Shown piece by piece: positions 12,821-25,870 of a stretch of DNA of 64,000 nucleotides. The notes under the pieces are model-generated. The model did no database searches. It saw only the letters and a list, made by a program, of their open reading frames with translations, and had not been told where the DNA came from. The position numbers were made by a program, and so were the translations under genes. The stretch's first letter is position 1, and every line of letters starts with the position of its first letter. The DNA comes from Malacoraja senta (taxonomy: Eukaryota): NCBI GenBank assembly GCA_038087875.1, contig CM075982.1, positions 57,040,001-57,104,000 of the forward strand, given 5' to 3'.

Positions 12821-13754
12821 ATGATGGTAAAAATATTTATATTTTTAAATCAGGGCTGCAAAATGCACGATTAAGAAGCCTCCAGAATTTCAGCAAAGTG
12901 ACCACTGGAAAGACAGGCCTGGAAAATCAATGACATAGGTAGAGTCATAGATTAAGAACATTTATTTGCGTATGTATAGTGGAAGTTGTTATTGTTACTT
13001 GATGGACAATCTTTAAAAATATGCAATTCTTAAAATAAACACTAGTTTGCTGGAACATGATTAAAACAACCCTGTCCTTGAAGGGTTTACATATGTTTTA
13101 GCAATCACATTGGAATGTAATATTGGTGAGGAAGTGAAAACAAGGGCGTTCACGAGCTCTGTATCCATTCCACTGCAAGTGTGGACCCGACCACACACCG
13201 CTCTCATATCGCACAGCTCCTGTAAACATCCCCTTCCATAGCCCAGCTCCTTGCATTTGTCTCCACACCCTATTTGTTACCTTCCGAACTGTACATACTT
13301 GAACCAATTAGCATTTTCAAAGACTCCCAGAACTGATAGTGCAAGGAGGTACTGAGCCCGTTGTCAGAACAAACTGAGATCTGGTCAGCATCAGTCCAAA
13401 GTCTGGACTCAGCCCCACTGGAGAACTAAACACAGCTTGCTTGGTGCTTAAAACCTTTTTTTAAGTTTGACTGTTTAATACAATTCTAGCTTTGATCCAC
13501 ACTTACAAATTTTGAGCAAGGCAGATTAGGAAGGAAGGAGATGGTGGCAGCAACATGAAAGTTCCTTTGAAGATTCAGAATTATTATGTGAGCTTTTATC
13601 CTGCATGCCGCGGGGTGGGAAATATCAGCAAGGTGGTACAGTTCCAGAGATCTGGATTCAATCCTCACCTCCAATGCTGTTATGCATGTTACATTTGCAT
13701 ATTCTTCCTTTGACTGCATGGATATTCAGTTTCCTCCCACATCCCAAAGATGTG

Positions 13755-14041
13755 CACACGGTGGTGCAGCGGTAGATTTGCTGCCTTATAGCACCAGAGA
13801 CACGGTTTTGAGCCTGACTATGGGTGCTGTCTGTATGGAGTTAATACGTTCTACCCGTGACCACGTGGGTTTTCTCTGGGTGCTCCCGGTTTCCTCCCAC
13901 ACTCCAAAGACGTACAGACTGGCAGGTGTGAATTGTAATTTGTCCCTTGTGTGTAGGATAGTACTAGTGTACAGAAATCACTGGTTGGTGCGGACTCTGT
14001 AGGCCGAAGAGCCCGATTCAGCATTGTATCTCTAAACTAAA
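13755..14041 (+). mobile_element. HE1-like SINE nested in an older V-SINE (about 13625-14130)
   Basis: The young copy interrupts the older one just after CCCACATCCCAAAGATGTGCA; the older copy resumes at GCAGGTAGGTAG. Confidence 0.85.
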
Positions 14042-14359
14042 CATGCAGGTAGGTAGTTTAATTGGCCTTTGTAATTTACCTTCTGGGTATAGGTAATAAT
14101 GTCTGTTGATGGGAATATGCAAAGAATAATTGGTATTTGTTTAATATTGCCATATGTGCCAAAGTTCAGTGAAAAGCACGCAACAAAATCTTTTCATTGT
14201 AACTTGGTACACATGACAATAAACTAAAAATCTTTGATTTGCGTGCTATCCAGGCAAATCATCCCAAAGGTTACTAGTATGGGTAGTGGAAGAAGGCAAT
14301 AAATGGAGTGCAGAATACAACGTTACAGCTACAAAGAAAGTGCAGATAAAAAAGGCTTT

Positions 14360-15520
14360 CAAATAACTATGTGCCTGCACTCCTAGATCCCTCTACTCTA
14401 CAACACTCCCCCGAGCCCTTCCATTCACTGTGAAGGTCCTGGCCTGGTTTGACTTTGCAAAATACAATACCTCACACTTATCTACCCAATGGAGGACCCG
14501 GCATGGGGGGGCCGCCATGAGGAACGGTGGGAGAACAAAGGGGGACATGGTGTGGGGGAGGAGGGCGGGGCACTAGTTTTAGTATCCTCTGTCCAGGAGA
14601 TAAGCCTGCACTCGTTTGTTTGTTTGTTCATTCGGGTTAAGGCGCCGTGCACACGGCAGCCAGCCAACAGCCGCTTGGCGTTTTCTTTTTTCACTTTAAA
14701 TTTAATTTTAATTTCAACTTTTTCATGTACCTTGTTGTGTGTTGTGACTGTTGGCAGACCAATTTGCCTCCGGGGATGAATAAAGTTTTATTGTATCGTA
14801 TCGTAATAACCATTCCTCAGACCACTTGCCCAACTGAACAAGATCCTGCTATAATAGTTGATGACCATCTTCACTATCTACAATACTACCCACTTTAGTG
14901 TCATCTGTAAACTTACTGATCATGCCTTGCACACTTTCATCCAAATTGTTAATACAAACCACAAACACCACTGAGCCCAACACCACTCCCAGGGGCACAC
15001 CAGTCGTCACACAATCTCAGTCCAATAAACAACCCTCCATCATCACCCTCTGCGTTCTTCCATGAAGCCAATTTTCTATCCAATCGGCTGGCTCTCCCTA
15101 GATCCCATGCAACTTAACCGTCTAGAGCAGCCTACTAAGCAGAACCTTTTCAAATGCCTTGCTTCAAATCCAGGTAGTCAACATCTGCAGCTTTGCCCTC
15201 ATCAACCTTTTTCAACATCCTCAAAGAACACAAGATTCATGAGACACGATCCATTGTCATTTCTAAAGTCTAGATACTGTATGTGTCTGGTCAGTGGTAG
15301 ACAACGCAAAATGCATTATCTCACACTTGTTTGGATTAAGTTTTATCTGCACGGTTCCATCCAGCTTTTCAGCGGATCTATGGCCCTGTGTATCATTACA
15401 CAGCTACCCTCACAATCTATAACCCACCAATCTTGCTTGGTGTGGTCAGCAACTTATCAGATCACAGTCATTCTAATTCAAGTCATTTATATACATGACA
15501 AATAACAGAAGGTCCCAGCA
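14360..15520 (-). mobile_element. Old CR1 RT fragment, interrupted at about 14483-14805
   Basis: Antisense CR1 RT motifs (GTGTCATCTGTAAACTT in the YADD region, CCCAGGGGCACACC for GVPQG). Confidence 0.7.
14483..14805 (+). mobile_element. GC-rich non-autonomous retroelement with Rex1-type tail
   Basis: Ends GGGGATGAATAAAGTTTT followed by (ATCGT)n; inserted into the old CR1. Confidence 0.6.
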
Positions 15521-15574
15521 TTGAATCCCATCAGCAATCAAGTGAAAAACAAAATGCTTGCACATATACTGTAA

Positions 15575-15700
15575 TACAAGGAACTGCAGATACTGGTGTA
15601 CCAAAAAAGACAAAGTGCTGGAGTAACTCAGCAGGTCAGGTCGCACCTCTGGAGAGCAGGGACAGGCAACATTTTGGATTGGGACCCTTCTTCAGACTGA
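15575..15700 (-). mobile_element. Penelope terminal-repeat fragment
   Basis: AAGGAACTGCAGAT...GCTGGAGTAACTCAGC...GACCCTTCTTCAGAC. Confidence 0.8.
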
Positions 15701-15791
15701 GTGTGCAAAAAAGGCACTCTGTGTCTTATTTTTCCTTACACATACTGTAATGTAGCTTCCTGAATTCCAGTTACTGTTTGCTTCACGGTTA

Positions 15792-16129
15792 AGGGCCTGT
15801 CCCACTGTACGAGGTAATTCAAGAGTTTTCCCCCCGATTCAAAATCGGAGAATGTCCGTAGCGGGTCCGTAGGAGTTCGTGGATGTCTCGTAGCGGCTCG
15901 TAATGCTAACGGTAGGTACTCGGGAAATCCGGTAAACTCGTGACGTTTTTTCAACACTGTGAAAAATGTCCACGAGTAAAAAAATACTCGTGATGAAATT
16001 TTAAAAAACGTTTTACTCGTACGAGCCATCCACGAACTCCTATGGACCTGCTACGGACATTCTCCGAGTTCGAATCAGGGGAAAACTCGGGAGGACTCTT
16101 GAATTACCTCGTACAGTGGGACAGGCCCT
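15792..16129. mobile_element. PIF/Harbinger MITE
   Basis: Long TIRs starting AGGGCCTGTCCCACTGTACGAGGTAATTCAAGAGT (perfect), similarity extending about 110 bp; TTA TSD at 15789-15791 and 16130-16132. Confidence 0.9.
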
Positions 16130-17181
16130 TTAGGGCTTTCTTAAACCAGCTGGAAAAAAATAGTACCAACAAGCAGAGATAATCAGCACTAAGACTTTCA
16201 CAGATTAACAGACTCACATACGTCAGAGAGGAAGCACTTTGTTACATTATCACAATCGCAATCCCAAAAGACAGGCAGGCAGTTTTAGCAATAACCACAA
16301 GCCGAAGCAACAACAAAGACTTTGGTAAAATACAGCTGTGCAGTCCGTTCACCACAGAAATGCAGCTGGAGCAAACTGTTTTTAATTTGTGTCTTTAAAA
16401 CTGTTCATTAGTTTCCTACTCCAGCATATAATTTCTCCGAGTAGCTTTACTGCTCCCATCATTCAACATCATCGTTACCAGTGACTGACCAGCAACCTCC
16501 GTTATAATGCAGGATGGACAAACTGATCTGTCGTGTCACACCTTCGTCACCCCACCCCGCCCCCCGTCCACGCCCTACACACATAATCCCCACCCCGAAA
16601 CACGCACACCTGCCTTACACTGCCACACCCCCGCGGAAACTTACCATACATTTCCAATGCCCACGCACATTCCCCACATCATTCCCACCCCACCTTCTGA
16701 AGAGAAGGGCAAAATGCTCCCCTGACATTAAAGCAAGCATCCACCCACACAGATGAGCGCTGAAGTCAGATGGCGCCCATTCACCTCCAGCTCATCTGTT
16801 AGCAGGCTCGGCAGTTCTCAACTCAGAGGAACTCCAGACGGAACCTGCAATGTGGTGATCTATCAGCTGCTGCACTACTTTTAAATAAAACCGAGGCACC
16901 TGAAACAGATCTCATACTGTCCTGTACTCACCAGTCCTCCTTGGGAATTAAATAGAGATTTCAGTTCATCTCAGCAAAGCAACAAATTCTAAATATGATT
17001 CACCGAGTTTATAGATGTGCACATTTTCAATTGGTTTAACAACAGGTTCAGCGAACCCTCCTTTCTCCAGTAATTCAGTGATGTTGTCTTCTGAATCCAT
17101 TTATACCGTCACCTTTAGTGACCTTCCTTGGCAAAAAAAGGCCCATAACAGGATCCCTTTTAAGGTGAAAACCTGATCTTT

Positions 17182-17505
17182 GGGACGGCACAGTGGCACA
17201 ACTGGTAGAGCTGCATGCAGCCTCACAGCGCCAGAGACCCGGGTTTGATCCTCACCTTGGATGCTGTCTGTGTGGAATTTGCACATTCTCTGTGATCTTG
17301 TGGGTTTCCTCTGGGTGCTCCAGTACCTTCCCATATCCTAAAGATGTATGGGTTTGTAACCTTTAATTGGCCTCTGTAAATTACACCCAGTATGTAAGGA
17401 ATGGATGCGATAACTTGGAACTAGTGTGAATGGGTGATCGATGGTCAGTGTGGACTCAGTGAGTTGAATGTCCTGTTTCCATGCTGTAGATTGCAATCAA
17501 TTCAA
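17182..17505 (+). mobile_element. HE1-like SINE (TCAA-tailed subfamily)
   Basis: tRNA head, V core and CR1-type tail. Confidence 0.85.
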
Positions 17506-18539
17506 TCTGTTCTCGATTTGAAACTTACAGAGTTTCAGTACATGCTCAAAACAATCATTAGTACAGCAGACACTTCTCTCAGCCATCTATCTGCAAGACT
17601 TTGGAAACTTCAATGAAGTCCTCATTTTCTAAGGAGGAGCAAGACATTCCTGGCCACTGACACTCCTGTTGCAAATGTTGCTTTTGGTCTTGATGTTTCT
17701 TCATCAACTAAGCAATCTTTCAGCAGTTTCTGAGATATTTAACAAGGGTACAAACAGTGAATTGTATGTATACATTTCATCTGTTCCATTTGATTAATAC
17801 TCGTGGAACAGATTAATCACAAAGGCAGTCTAATTAGTCTTTTAATTAAAGGTAAACGATGACTAAATAAAAACACTTTTCAATGGAAGATGTCTTAAAT
17901 TCTAGAAATGTTCTATCCTCTGAAGGCAGAATTATTCAGTTATTAAAATAGTACACAATGCATTGTACAGTTTTAAAAATCAGATAAAGCATTAACTCCT
18001 GGAAATTATTTGTTTGTTACATTTAAGCTGTGACAGGGTATTATTGATTGTACCCTTACACTCTTCCGTTTGGAACCCATAGAGATTCCTACAGCATAAA
18101 ACATTGAACCTGCACTAACGACAGCCATGAGGCAAGCGGTTATTGTCATTGCATTCAGATTGCGTTCGGAATCTAAAGCATCTCGTTTAAATGCAAGATG
18201 AGTCCGTCTCCAGGGTATGTCGTACCAATCTCTGCAAATAGATCCACTAAATTTTTAGGTGTTGTAATGTAGCTACATTCAAGCTTATTCAATTAACAGC
18301 CTCTATTAGTCTCCAGAGTGACTCACAAATTGATCTCTGCATTCACGAAAGTACAGTGCCATGCCTTTGCTTTACCCAGGAGTAAATAATCCAAGCGCAC
18401 TTCTTTACTGGGCAGATACAACTCAGAATCGTTTCATTCATTACAAATTGACTTTGAAATTAAAAAAACCCATGTTCAGTCAGCACTAAATGTTTATTTT
18501 CCACATTAGACGTTTAGTTTCTATCCAGCAGTTTGATAG

Positions 18540-18720
18540 CTTTGAGCTAAACGTCTATTTCTCAAAGGGGAGGGCCTTAATTCCATTTCAGAAATTCAAG
18601 CTTACAAACTCGGCAAATTTTTCCTCAGGGAATTCTGCACTGTCACAGGCAAGATCTTTCAGATAAGACATTAAACTAAAGCTGGGCCTGTCTCTCAGTA
18701 AGGTGTAAAAACAGCCCGTT
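18540..18720 (+). mobile_element. DeuSINE (SacSINE1/AmnSINE1-like) remnant; continues at about 19840-19980
   Basis: CTGCACTGTC...CTTTCAGATAAGACATTAAAC, and downstream TGGTCAATATTTATTCCTCAATCAAAATCA, resemble the Deu domain. Confidence 0.55.
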
Positions 18721-18959
18721 GTAACATAGAAGACAGAAAAATAGTAGCAGGGCCATTGGGCCCTTTTAGCCCATTCCACCATTCAATACAATCATGGCTG
18801 ATCCCATATCTCAATACCTACACTTGGCCCTAACTACTTTACCCCATTTTCTAAGATCGCAATCTTTGGTACCGACCCCCAAATCTGTAATAAAAATCTC
18901 CTTGCATTCAGCCTGTCAAGCTGCGCAAGGACTGTGCATTGCAATGAGATCTACCCACT

Positions 18960-19666
18960 AGATCCTTAACAGCATTGATATGCAGAGGAATCTTGCAGTC
19001 CAAGTCCATAGCTCACTAAAGGTGATAGGGTGGTACAGAAGGCATGTGGTATGCTTGCCTTCATTGCTACAGGCATTGAATATAAAAGTCAGGAAGTCTT
19101 GATACAGCTCTATAGGACTTTGGTTAGGCTGCATTTGGAGTATTGCGCGCAATTCTGGTTGCCCCGTTACAGGAATGATGGTGTTAGAGAGGGTGTTGAG
19201 GAGGTTAACCCAAATGCTGCCTGGATTAGAGGGTTCCAGCTACAGGGAGAGGTTGGATAGACTTGGATTGTTTTCCCTCGAACGTTGGAGTTTATGGGGA
19301 GACTTGATACAAGTATATAAAATTATGAGAGGCATAGATAAGTTAGACAGTCAGAACCTGTTTCCCAGGGTGGAAATGTCCAACACTAGAGACAGTTATA
19401 AGGTGAAAGGGGGAAAGTTTAATATGGATGTGCGTGGCATTTTGTTTTTACACAGAGGTTGATGGGAGCCTAGAAAGCATTGCCAGGGGTGGTGGTGGAG
19501 CCAGATACCAAAGTTGTTTTTAAGAGGGTTTTCATAGGCAAATGGAAGTGCAGGGAACAAAGCAGATGAGATCAGTTTAACTGGGCATCATGTTCGACAC
19601 AAACATTGTGGGCCGAAGGGCCCGTTCCTGTGCTGTACTGTTCTATGTTCTATGTTCTATGTTCTA
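18960..19666 (+). mobile_element. CR1 (HER1-like) LINE 3' fragment
   Basis: KACGMLAFI...LYRTLVRLHLEYCAQFWLP and LERVLRRLTQMLPGL...GDLIQVYKIMRGIDK; (TTCTATG)n tail. Confidence 0.92.
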
Positions 19667-21240
19667 AATCCATGAACAGCAGCATAATCTACCCAATCTC
19701 CCCTCATAATACAATCTTGTCTTCTCGGGTATCAATCTGCTAAACCTTTGTTGCTGAAAGTATATCCTATCTATGGGAAGAAGACGGAAACTACACACAA
19801 TTCTACAAGTGTGGAATTAATAGGAACTTATATAATGCTACTACTGAAATAATAAAAACAGGGGTTTTGGTCAATATTTATTCCTCAATCAAAATCATAT
19901 TAAGTCTAAAGTAAAGTCTACTATGGTCATAAACTAAAAATATGTCTGTTGTGCTTAAGTACCTTGACTGTGTGAAAGGTTGGTAGACACTAGGAATTGC
20001 ATTCGCTGGAATCATGCTTAGAACACAAAGTGCTGTAGAAACTCAGCTGGTGAGGCACTATCTCTAGAGGACATGGATCATCAACATTTCAGATTTCACA
20101 TTCAGTCTTTTTCAGACTCAAATATGCTGCCTGACCTGCCGAGTTACTCTGGCATTTTGTGTTCTATGAAAGGTTGTCATTTCTTTCTTTATACACAAGA
20201 CCCACCAATCCCGACATTGAATGGGATAAGAAAGTGCAATAATCTCATGCTAAACACCACCCTGCATACCAAACACTTGTCAAGCATTAACAGGGTAACA
20301 TTTTCCACAGAAATGCAGAGCAAGGAACAGTTACAAACTATTAACAAAGTGCAAACACTTAATGGGTTGTTGCCAAGTTTGATTTACAGTAGAATGATGA
20401 TTGGTTCCACTCCAAGTGGTGACGGCCTTGTTGCTATGCAGAACTTACTTTCAGGCTAACACACTTTGGAAAACGACCACGCAGACTAATCAGAGCGGTT
20501 TACCAAATTCTCTGGGGAAAAACCCGCCCACATCAATCACCCCAAGAATTCCTGGTCCTCTTTGATAGAACTTAATTTGTAAAATATCTTTGCCATTTGT
20601 TTTCTGGTATGGAATAAGTATACTCAATCTCTGTTCAAGCACTGGATACAAATTTACGAAACACGTTCCTGGGATAATTAAATGAACACGGGTTATATTG
20701 TAAAGCAAAATCAAGTTGTACATTTGTGGCCTTATTCATCAATGTAGCTTTATCCTATGTAAAGTAAAGTAAAGTATCCTTTATGTAAGTTGTTTGCAAA
20801 TACCGAATCACTACAGTAATCGTGACATGGCATTTTTTAAACCCTTATAGATTAATGTATCTGATATGATTTATTGCCAGAGTTCTAACCTTCAATGCTT
20901 CTGCAGGCAGTTTGTTAGTCCCAATTATGATCACTCACAAAACAGATTTTAGTAATTTTACCACAAAGCTTCCTTGAAATGCAGGTTTATGACCACGTTC
21001 GTAATGTATGCACACCCAGTTTTACATTGACAAATGCGATGCTACATGTTTAAGTCTCAATGTTCGCAAGAAACATTCATTGTTGGCACAGAATTCAATT
21101 TTGCTTTTTGATCCTATACAGTTCCTGAACAACCTTCTTTAAAAACTCTGCATTGACCAACACTTTTATGGCCTTAGCTGGTGCAATTTCATCTTTGGTT
21201 AAGTATATATAGCTCTAAAGCAATAAACATGAATAGTTTC

Positions 21241-21353
21241 CCTTATCCCTAACCAGTCTGAAGAAGAGTCTCGACCCGAAACATCAACCATTCCTTCTCT
21301 CCAGAGACGCTGCCTGTCCCGCTGAGTTACTCCAGCTTTTTGTGTCTATCTTC
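21241..21353 (+). mobile_element. Short Penelope-derived insertion with hammerhead core
   Basis: CTGAAGAAGAGTCTCGACCCGAAACATC at 21258-21285; TSD AACATGAA(T/C)AGTTTC at 21226-21240 and 21354-21368. Confidence 0.8.
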
Positions 21354-22018
21354 AACATGAACAGTTTCTTCAGTTACTGCCACCATCCATGATTTAAATA
21401 GATGTTAATATTAAATAATCTATTTTGTATTCCGTCTGGATGTTTCTAGGCCTCTGATCATATCACAGTGAAGAGAAGTCCTTCTTACATTGCCTACTTA
21501 GCAAATGGGTAATGCTATTATTTTGGCAATCAAATGTTAAGAGGCCAGCCATCAGTTTGCCCGATCTCCTAGTCCAACAAAGCTTTGAACTTTGTATGAC
21601 TCTTAAGTCATCCTTGACTGATTGATTGGTGTACAGCAATATAATTTTAAAAAGTGGACCATAAAACAGAATGCTCACGGTGAACTCATGGTCAGACCAT
21701 ACTGTGAACTGCTGACATTGTTCCTTTATGCCATCACCACTTCCAAACATCCCGTGTTGCTATCATTAAGTGTACATTAAACTGATCAATCGGCTAGGAG
21801 ATGAAATGCAGTATCAAATCTCAAACCCCAGTTCCCTTAACAATTACTAATGGTATTAAATGCATGAAGGAAATTTATAATTACTTCTTGAACCATAGTC
21901 ATACGTGGCTGTAACTTGCCATGATAGATTGATGTGCAGTGTGCAGGAAAACCTGAGGGTATCCTTATACCATTCGGAAATGTTGACTGCAGAGGACTTC
22001 CATCAGGTGCAATAATAA

Positions 22019-22340
22019 TGGCAGCACATTGGTGCAGTTGGCAGACCTGCTTCCTGGTAGCTCCAATGACCAGAGTTCAATCTGATCTCCAGTGCAGCTA
22101 CTGTCGAGTTTACATGTTCTCTCTGTGACTATATAGGTTTCTCCTGGGTGCTCCAGTTTCCTCTCGCATCCCAAAGACATGTGGGTTGGTTGGCTAACTG
22201 TAAATTGTTCCTAGTATAGATGACTGGTGAAATATGTGGGGAATTGATGGGAATGCTTGGAGCATATAAAATGGGGTTCGAGCAGATGGGCGCTTGCTGG
22301 TTGGCGCAGACTTATTGTGCCAAAGGGTTTTCCTTCTGTC
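22019..22340 (+). mobile_element. Old V-SINE
   Basis: Diverged tRNA head and core CTCCAGTTTCCTCTCGCATCCCAAAGAC. Confidence 0.75.
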
Positions 22341-22782
22341 TTTAAGATAATAATAGAAAGCACCAGTTTAGTGTAGATGCGTTAATGCCATTGATGTCTG
22401 TGTATGACTCCATATTGTGATCCAACATGTCGCAACATTTAAGCAGCAAATGTGGATAGCAAATGTAATAGTCTCCTTTTACATCAAACACGTCAAAATC
22501 CAGTGAAATAAAAACGTGGAGACCTCTCCTCGTGGGAACGTGACAACGTAATGTTAGCTGGACAAACAGCGACGCTTCCTACATGTGCCAAAAATCAAAC
22601 TGTGCGATCATCTGAAGAATTTGCTCAACTGGAAACAAGTGCTTGACCCCTGTAGACACAGCTGCAAGAAGCAAGGGAAGGGAGACATCAAGCAACAAAA
22701 ATACATGTTGAGAAAAGCAAAGCCCTGAAGGTACCATCACCAATGACCATGATCGGCCTTAGGCCAATGTGATGAAAGTGCT

Positions 22783-22954
22783 GGACAAAGATAGACAAAA
22801 ATGCTGGAGAAAATCAGGGGTGAGGCAGCATCTATGGAGCGAAGGAAATAGGCGACGTTTCGGGTCTCACCCATAGATGTTGCCTCACCTGCTGAGTTTC
22901 TCCAGCATTTTTGTGTACCTTTGATTTTCCAGCATCTGCAGTTCCTTCTTAAAC
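22783..22954. mobile_element. Short Penelope-derived inverted insertion
   Basis: Inverted arms AAAAATGCTGGAGAAA...TTTCTCCAGCATTTTT; TSD AAAGTGCT at 22775-22782 and 22955-22962. Confidence 0.8.
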
Positions 22955-23019
22955 AAAGTGCTACACGATTCTCCTTTTGTTTTCCTATACAGCCCTAGTT
23001 TCCTATTCAAACAATTTAG

Positions 23020-23372
23020 TCATAGTCATATTGCGTGTAAACAGGCCCTTTGGCCCAACTTGTCCACACCGACCAACATGTTCTATCTATACGAGTCCCA
23101 CCTGCCTGCATTTGGCCAATATCCCTCTAAACCTGTCCTATCCTTGTACATGGCTAAATGTTCTTCAATGTTGCCATAGTACCTGCCTCAACTACCTTCT
23201 CCGGCGGCTCGTTCATTACACCCACCACCCTTTGTGTGAAAAAGTTACTTCTCATGTTCCTATTAAATCTTTCCCCCCTCACCTTAAACCAATGTCCTCC
23301 GGTTCTTGAATCCCCTACTCTGGGCAAGAGACTTTGTGCGTCTACCCGATCTATTCCTCTCATGATTTTGTA
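23020..23372 (-). mobile_element. CR1 3' fragment
   Basis: ORF 23154-23363 MRGIDRVDAQSLLPRVG...NFFTQRVVG. Confidence 0.92.
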
Positions 23373-24184
23373 CGTCTTTAATCTATGGCAGAGGGCAGTC
23401 TCAGGATCAAAAGCATTTATCTCCTTTACATATCATTTCCTTGTACCGCAGATACTACACAATCTCTTAAGGTATTATATCCTTATTGGGATAAATTAGA
23501 ATGATCCTTCACTTTAATGCAGAAATTTATCATAAAATGGATTTACACATTTGTTAAAATGGCAGACAAGGCTTGGTCATGTCAATGCATTAAACACTAC
23601 TGGCACTGTCACAAAATGTAAGCTGTAGCAACATATTGCAAACTATACCCCAGCCCAAGTTTTCCAACACCCTTATCCTGTCATCAGATCAATTCATCGA
23701 AATGCTGTGCCTGAACAAGCAGCCCTCTGTCTAAATCCAAAGCAGGCTCATTCGCAAACTTATTCCTTGACCTTTTCGGATGATCCCAGTGGTATGAATC
23801 AGGTCACACACAACAGTGAGGAGCTGCACTTGCTGAATGCATAAATCCTCTTCTCGTGTGTCTTTTCATCTTCACCACCCAGCCAAAGTTTTTTTGTTCA
23901 TCAGTGGTAATTTTGTCTTGATTGCCAAGTTTAGACATTTTTTGCTGCATTCCCATGGATTCATCATCATTCCATTATTTTAAGAACAATCATGGTGATG
24001 AAAGCTATCATGCAACAACTCTGGAATGGACCCGTTTGCAGAAACCCCCCATTTCAACTGATGTGATTAGTTCCCATGAGACCACAGACTTTGCCCATCC
24101 CAAGCAGAAAGATAATTTTTCTGAAATTCCATTCCAAGATGCACATTTAAGGGAAAAAATGGCATGCATTTATTCAGCACCGTC

Positions 24185-24360
24185 CATGCCCTCATCCCAC
24201 CTCTTTTCCAGTTTTCGCTCCCCCCACCCCTTCAATCAGTCTGAAGAAGGGTCCCAACCCAAAATGTCATCTGCCCATTCCTCCACCGATGTTGCCTGAT
24301 CTGCTAAGTTCCTCCAGCACTTTATGAGTTCCAGCATTTACAGTTCCATGCATCTCCACC
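24185..24360 (+). mobile_element. Penelope 3' end with degenerate hammerhead
   Basis: CAATCAGTCTGAAGAAGGGTCCCAACCCAAAATGTCA. Confidence 0.75.
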
Positions 24361-25169
24361 TTTCATGTCCTCAGGCTTTCAAACCAATTCATAAGAATGA
24401 AGAGCAGGTGAAGGCCAATCAGCCCCTCAAGCCTTCTCTGCTAATCTTCTAGCACAATGCCATTTTCTTGTCTTAACCCCATATCACTTGACTCTTTTAA
24501 TATCCAGAAATCAGTTCATTCTTAAATAGTCCACTTCTTTTGAATCTGAATCCCTTAGTTTGAGCTTCCCCAGCCAGGGGAAACATCCTTCTTGTATCTA
24601 CCCTGTTAACTCTAGTGAGAATTCTCCACCTTTCAACAAAGTCACCTGCACATTACAAAATAGGAGGTCAGACTGGCTCAATTCCCCCCAAATGTACCAT
24701 TTTGGGAACGTGTCTGGTGAATTTTCACTCACAATCTTCCCTTGACCCACGTGACAACAGCCAGTTAATCTGTAATTTGGTTTAAAATTAAGTTGGTTGA
24801 GAGATGAAAACTGGCCAGGACCCTGCTCTTTAGAAAGATGCTGCAGGGCTTCTTGCGCTCAGCCGAGGGGGCAGATTTGATTTGCGATCTCGCCAGCAAG
24901 TTGGTTGTGAAGAAATAACAAGAATTGCTGCAGAGATCATAAAGCGAGCTTTTGTCCATTCACTTCATATGCAGTTAAAAATTAATCAGACCACCCATCC
25001 CCCCTCGTGTGGACCTTTACAAAATTCAAATGTACCTTCTTTCCATATTTACCCAAAGCTAATTGTCGTACTATTACACAGCCCAACGTTGTAACTGCTC
25101 TAGCTATATTATGCAAGAAACAGATTTTCAGTGCAATTTAATCCTCACGGTAGTGTCTGCACATGTTTC

Positions 25170-25870
25170 TTCCTGACAGTAAAACACTTCCATTCATATA
25201 GTTAGTTCACTTCACAGGATATCCCAGAGCACTTTATAGCCAATAAAGCCTCCACCCACTCCACCCACCATGGAAAGTTACAGCTGTAATGTAGCAGAAC
25301 AGCCAACTTGCCTCTAACAAGCTTTGACAAAAAACAATATTATGCTAACCTAGTGTACTCTCCTGGCGATATTTGAAAGGCCGAGTAAATCTCGGAGAAT
25401 TTCCCCTTTCTTTGAGCTGTGCCGTGGGGTCTACCCAAATGTCAGATGAGGCACTGATTTTAATGTCTTGTCTAGACAAGAAAATAATTTAGTTTAGAGA
25501 TACAGCACAGAAACAGGCCCTTCGACTCACTGAGTCCACACCGACCAGCAATCCCCCATACACTACCACTATCCTACACATTAGGGGCAATTTACAACTT
25601 TACCAAGCCAATTAGCCTACAAACCTGTAGGTCTTAGGAGTGTGGGAGGAAACCGGAGCACCCAGAGAAAACCCACACAGGTCACCCGTACAAACTCCGT
25701 ACAGACAGCACCCTTAGGAGTGAACCCTGGTCTCTGGTGTTGTAAGGCAGCAACTCTACCACTGTGCCACCCTAGTACTTGAGTACCAGCTCAGGTTAGT
25801 GTTCTGAGCTGACCCACACCACCTCTGAATCTGACAAAAGTGCTACAGTTGAGTTATGGCGAACACCTTA
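25170..25870 (-). mobile_element. DeuSINE remnant interrupted by a young SINE
   Basis: ATATCCCAGAGCACTTTATAGCCAAT L2-like tail plus Deu-like core; a second remnant lies at about 24760-24900. Confidence 0.55.
25488..25772 (-). mobile_element. HE1-like SINE
   Basis: TTTAGTTTAGAGATACAGC tail through to the tRNA head. Confidence 0.9.
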
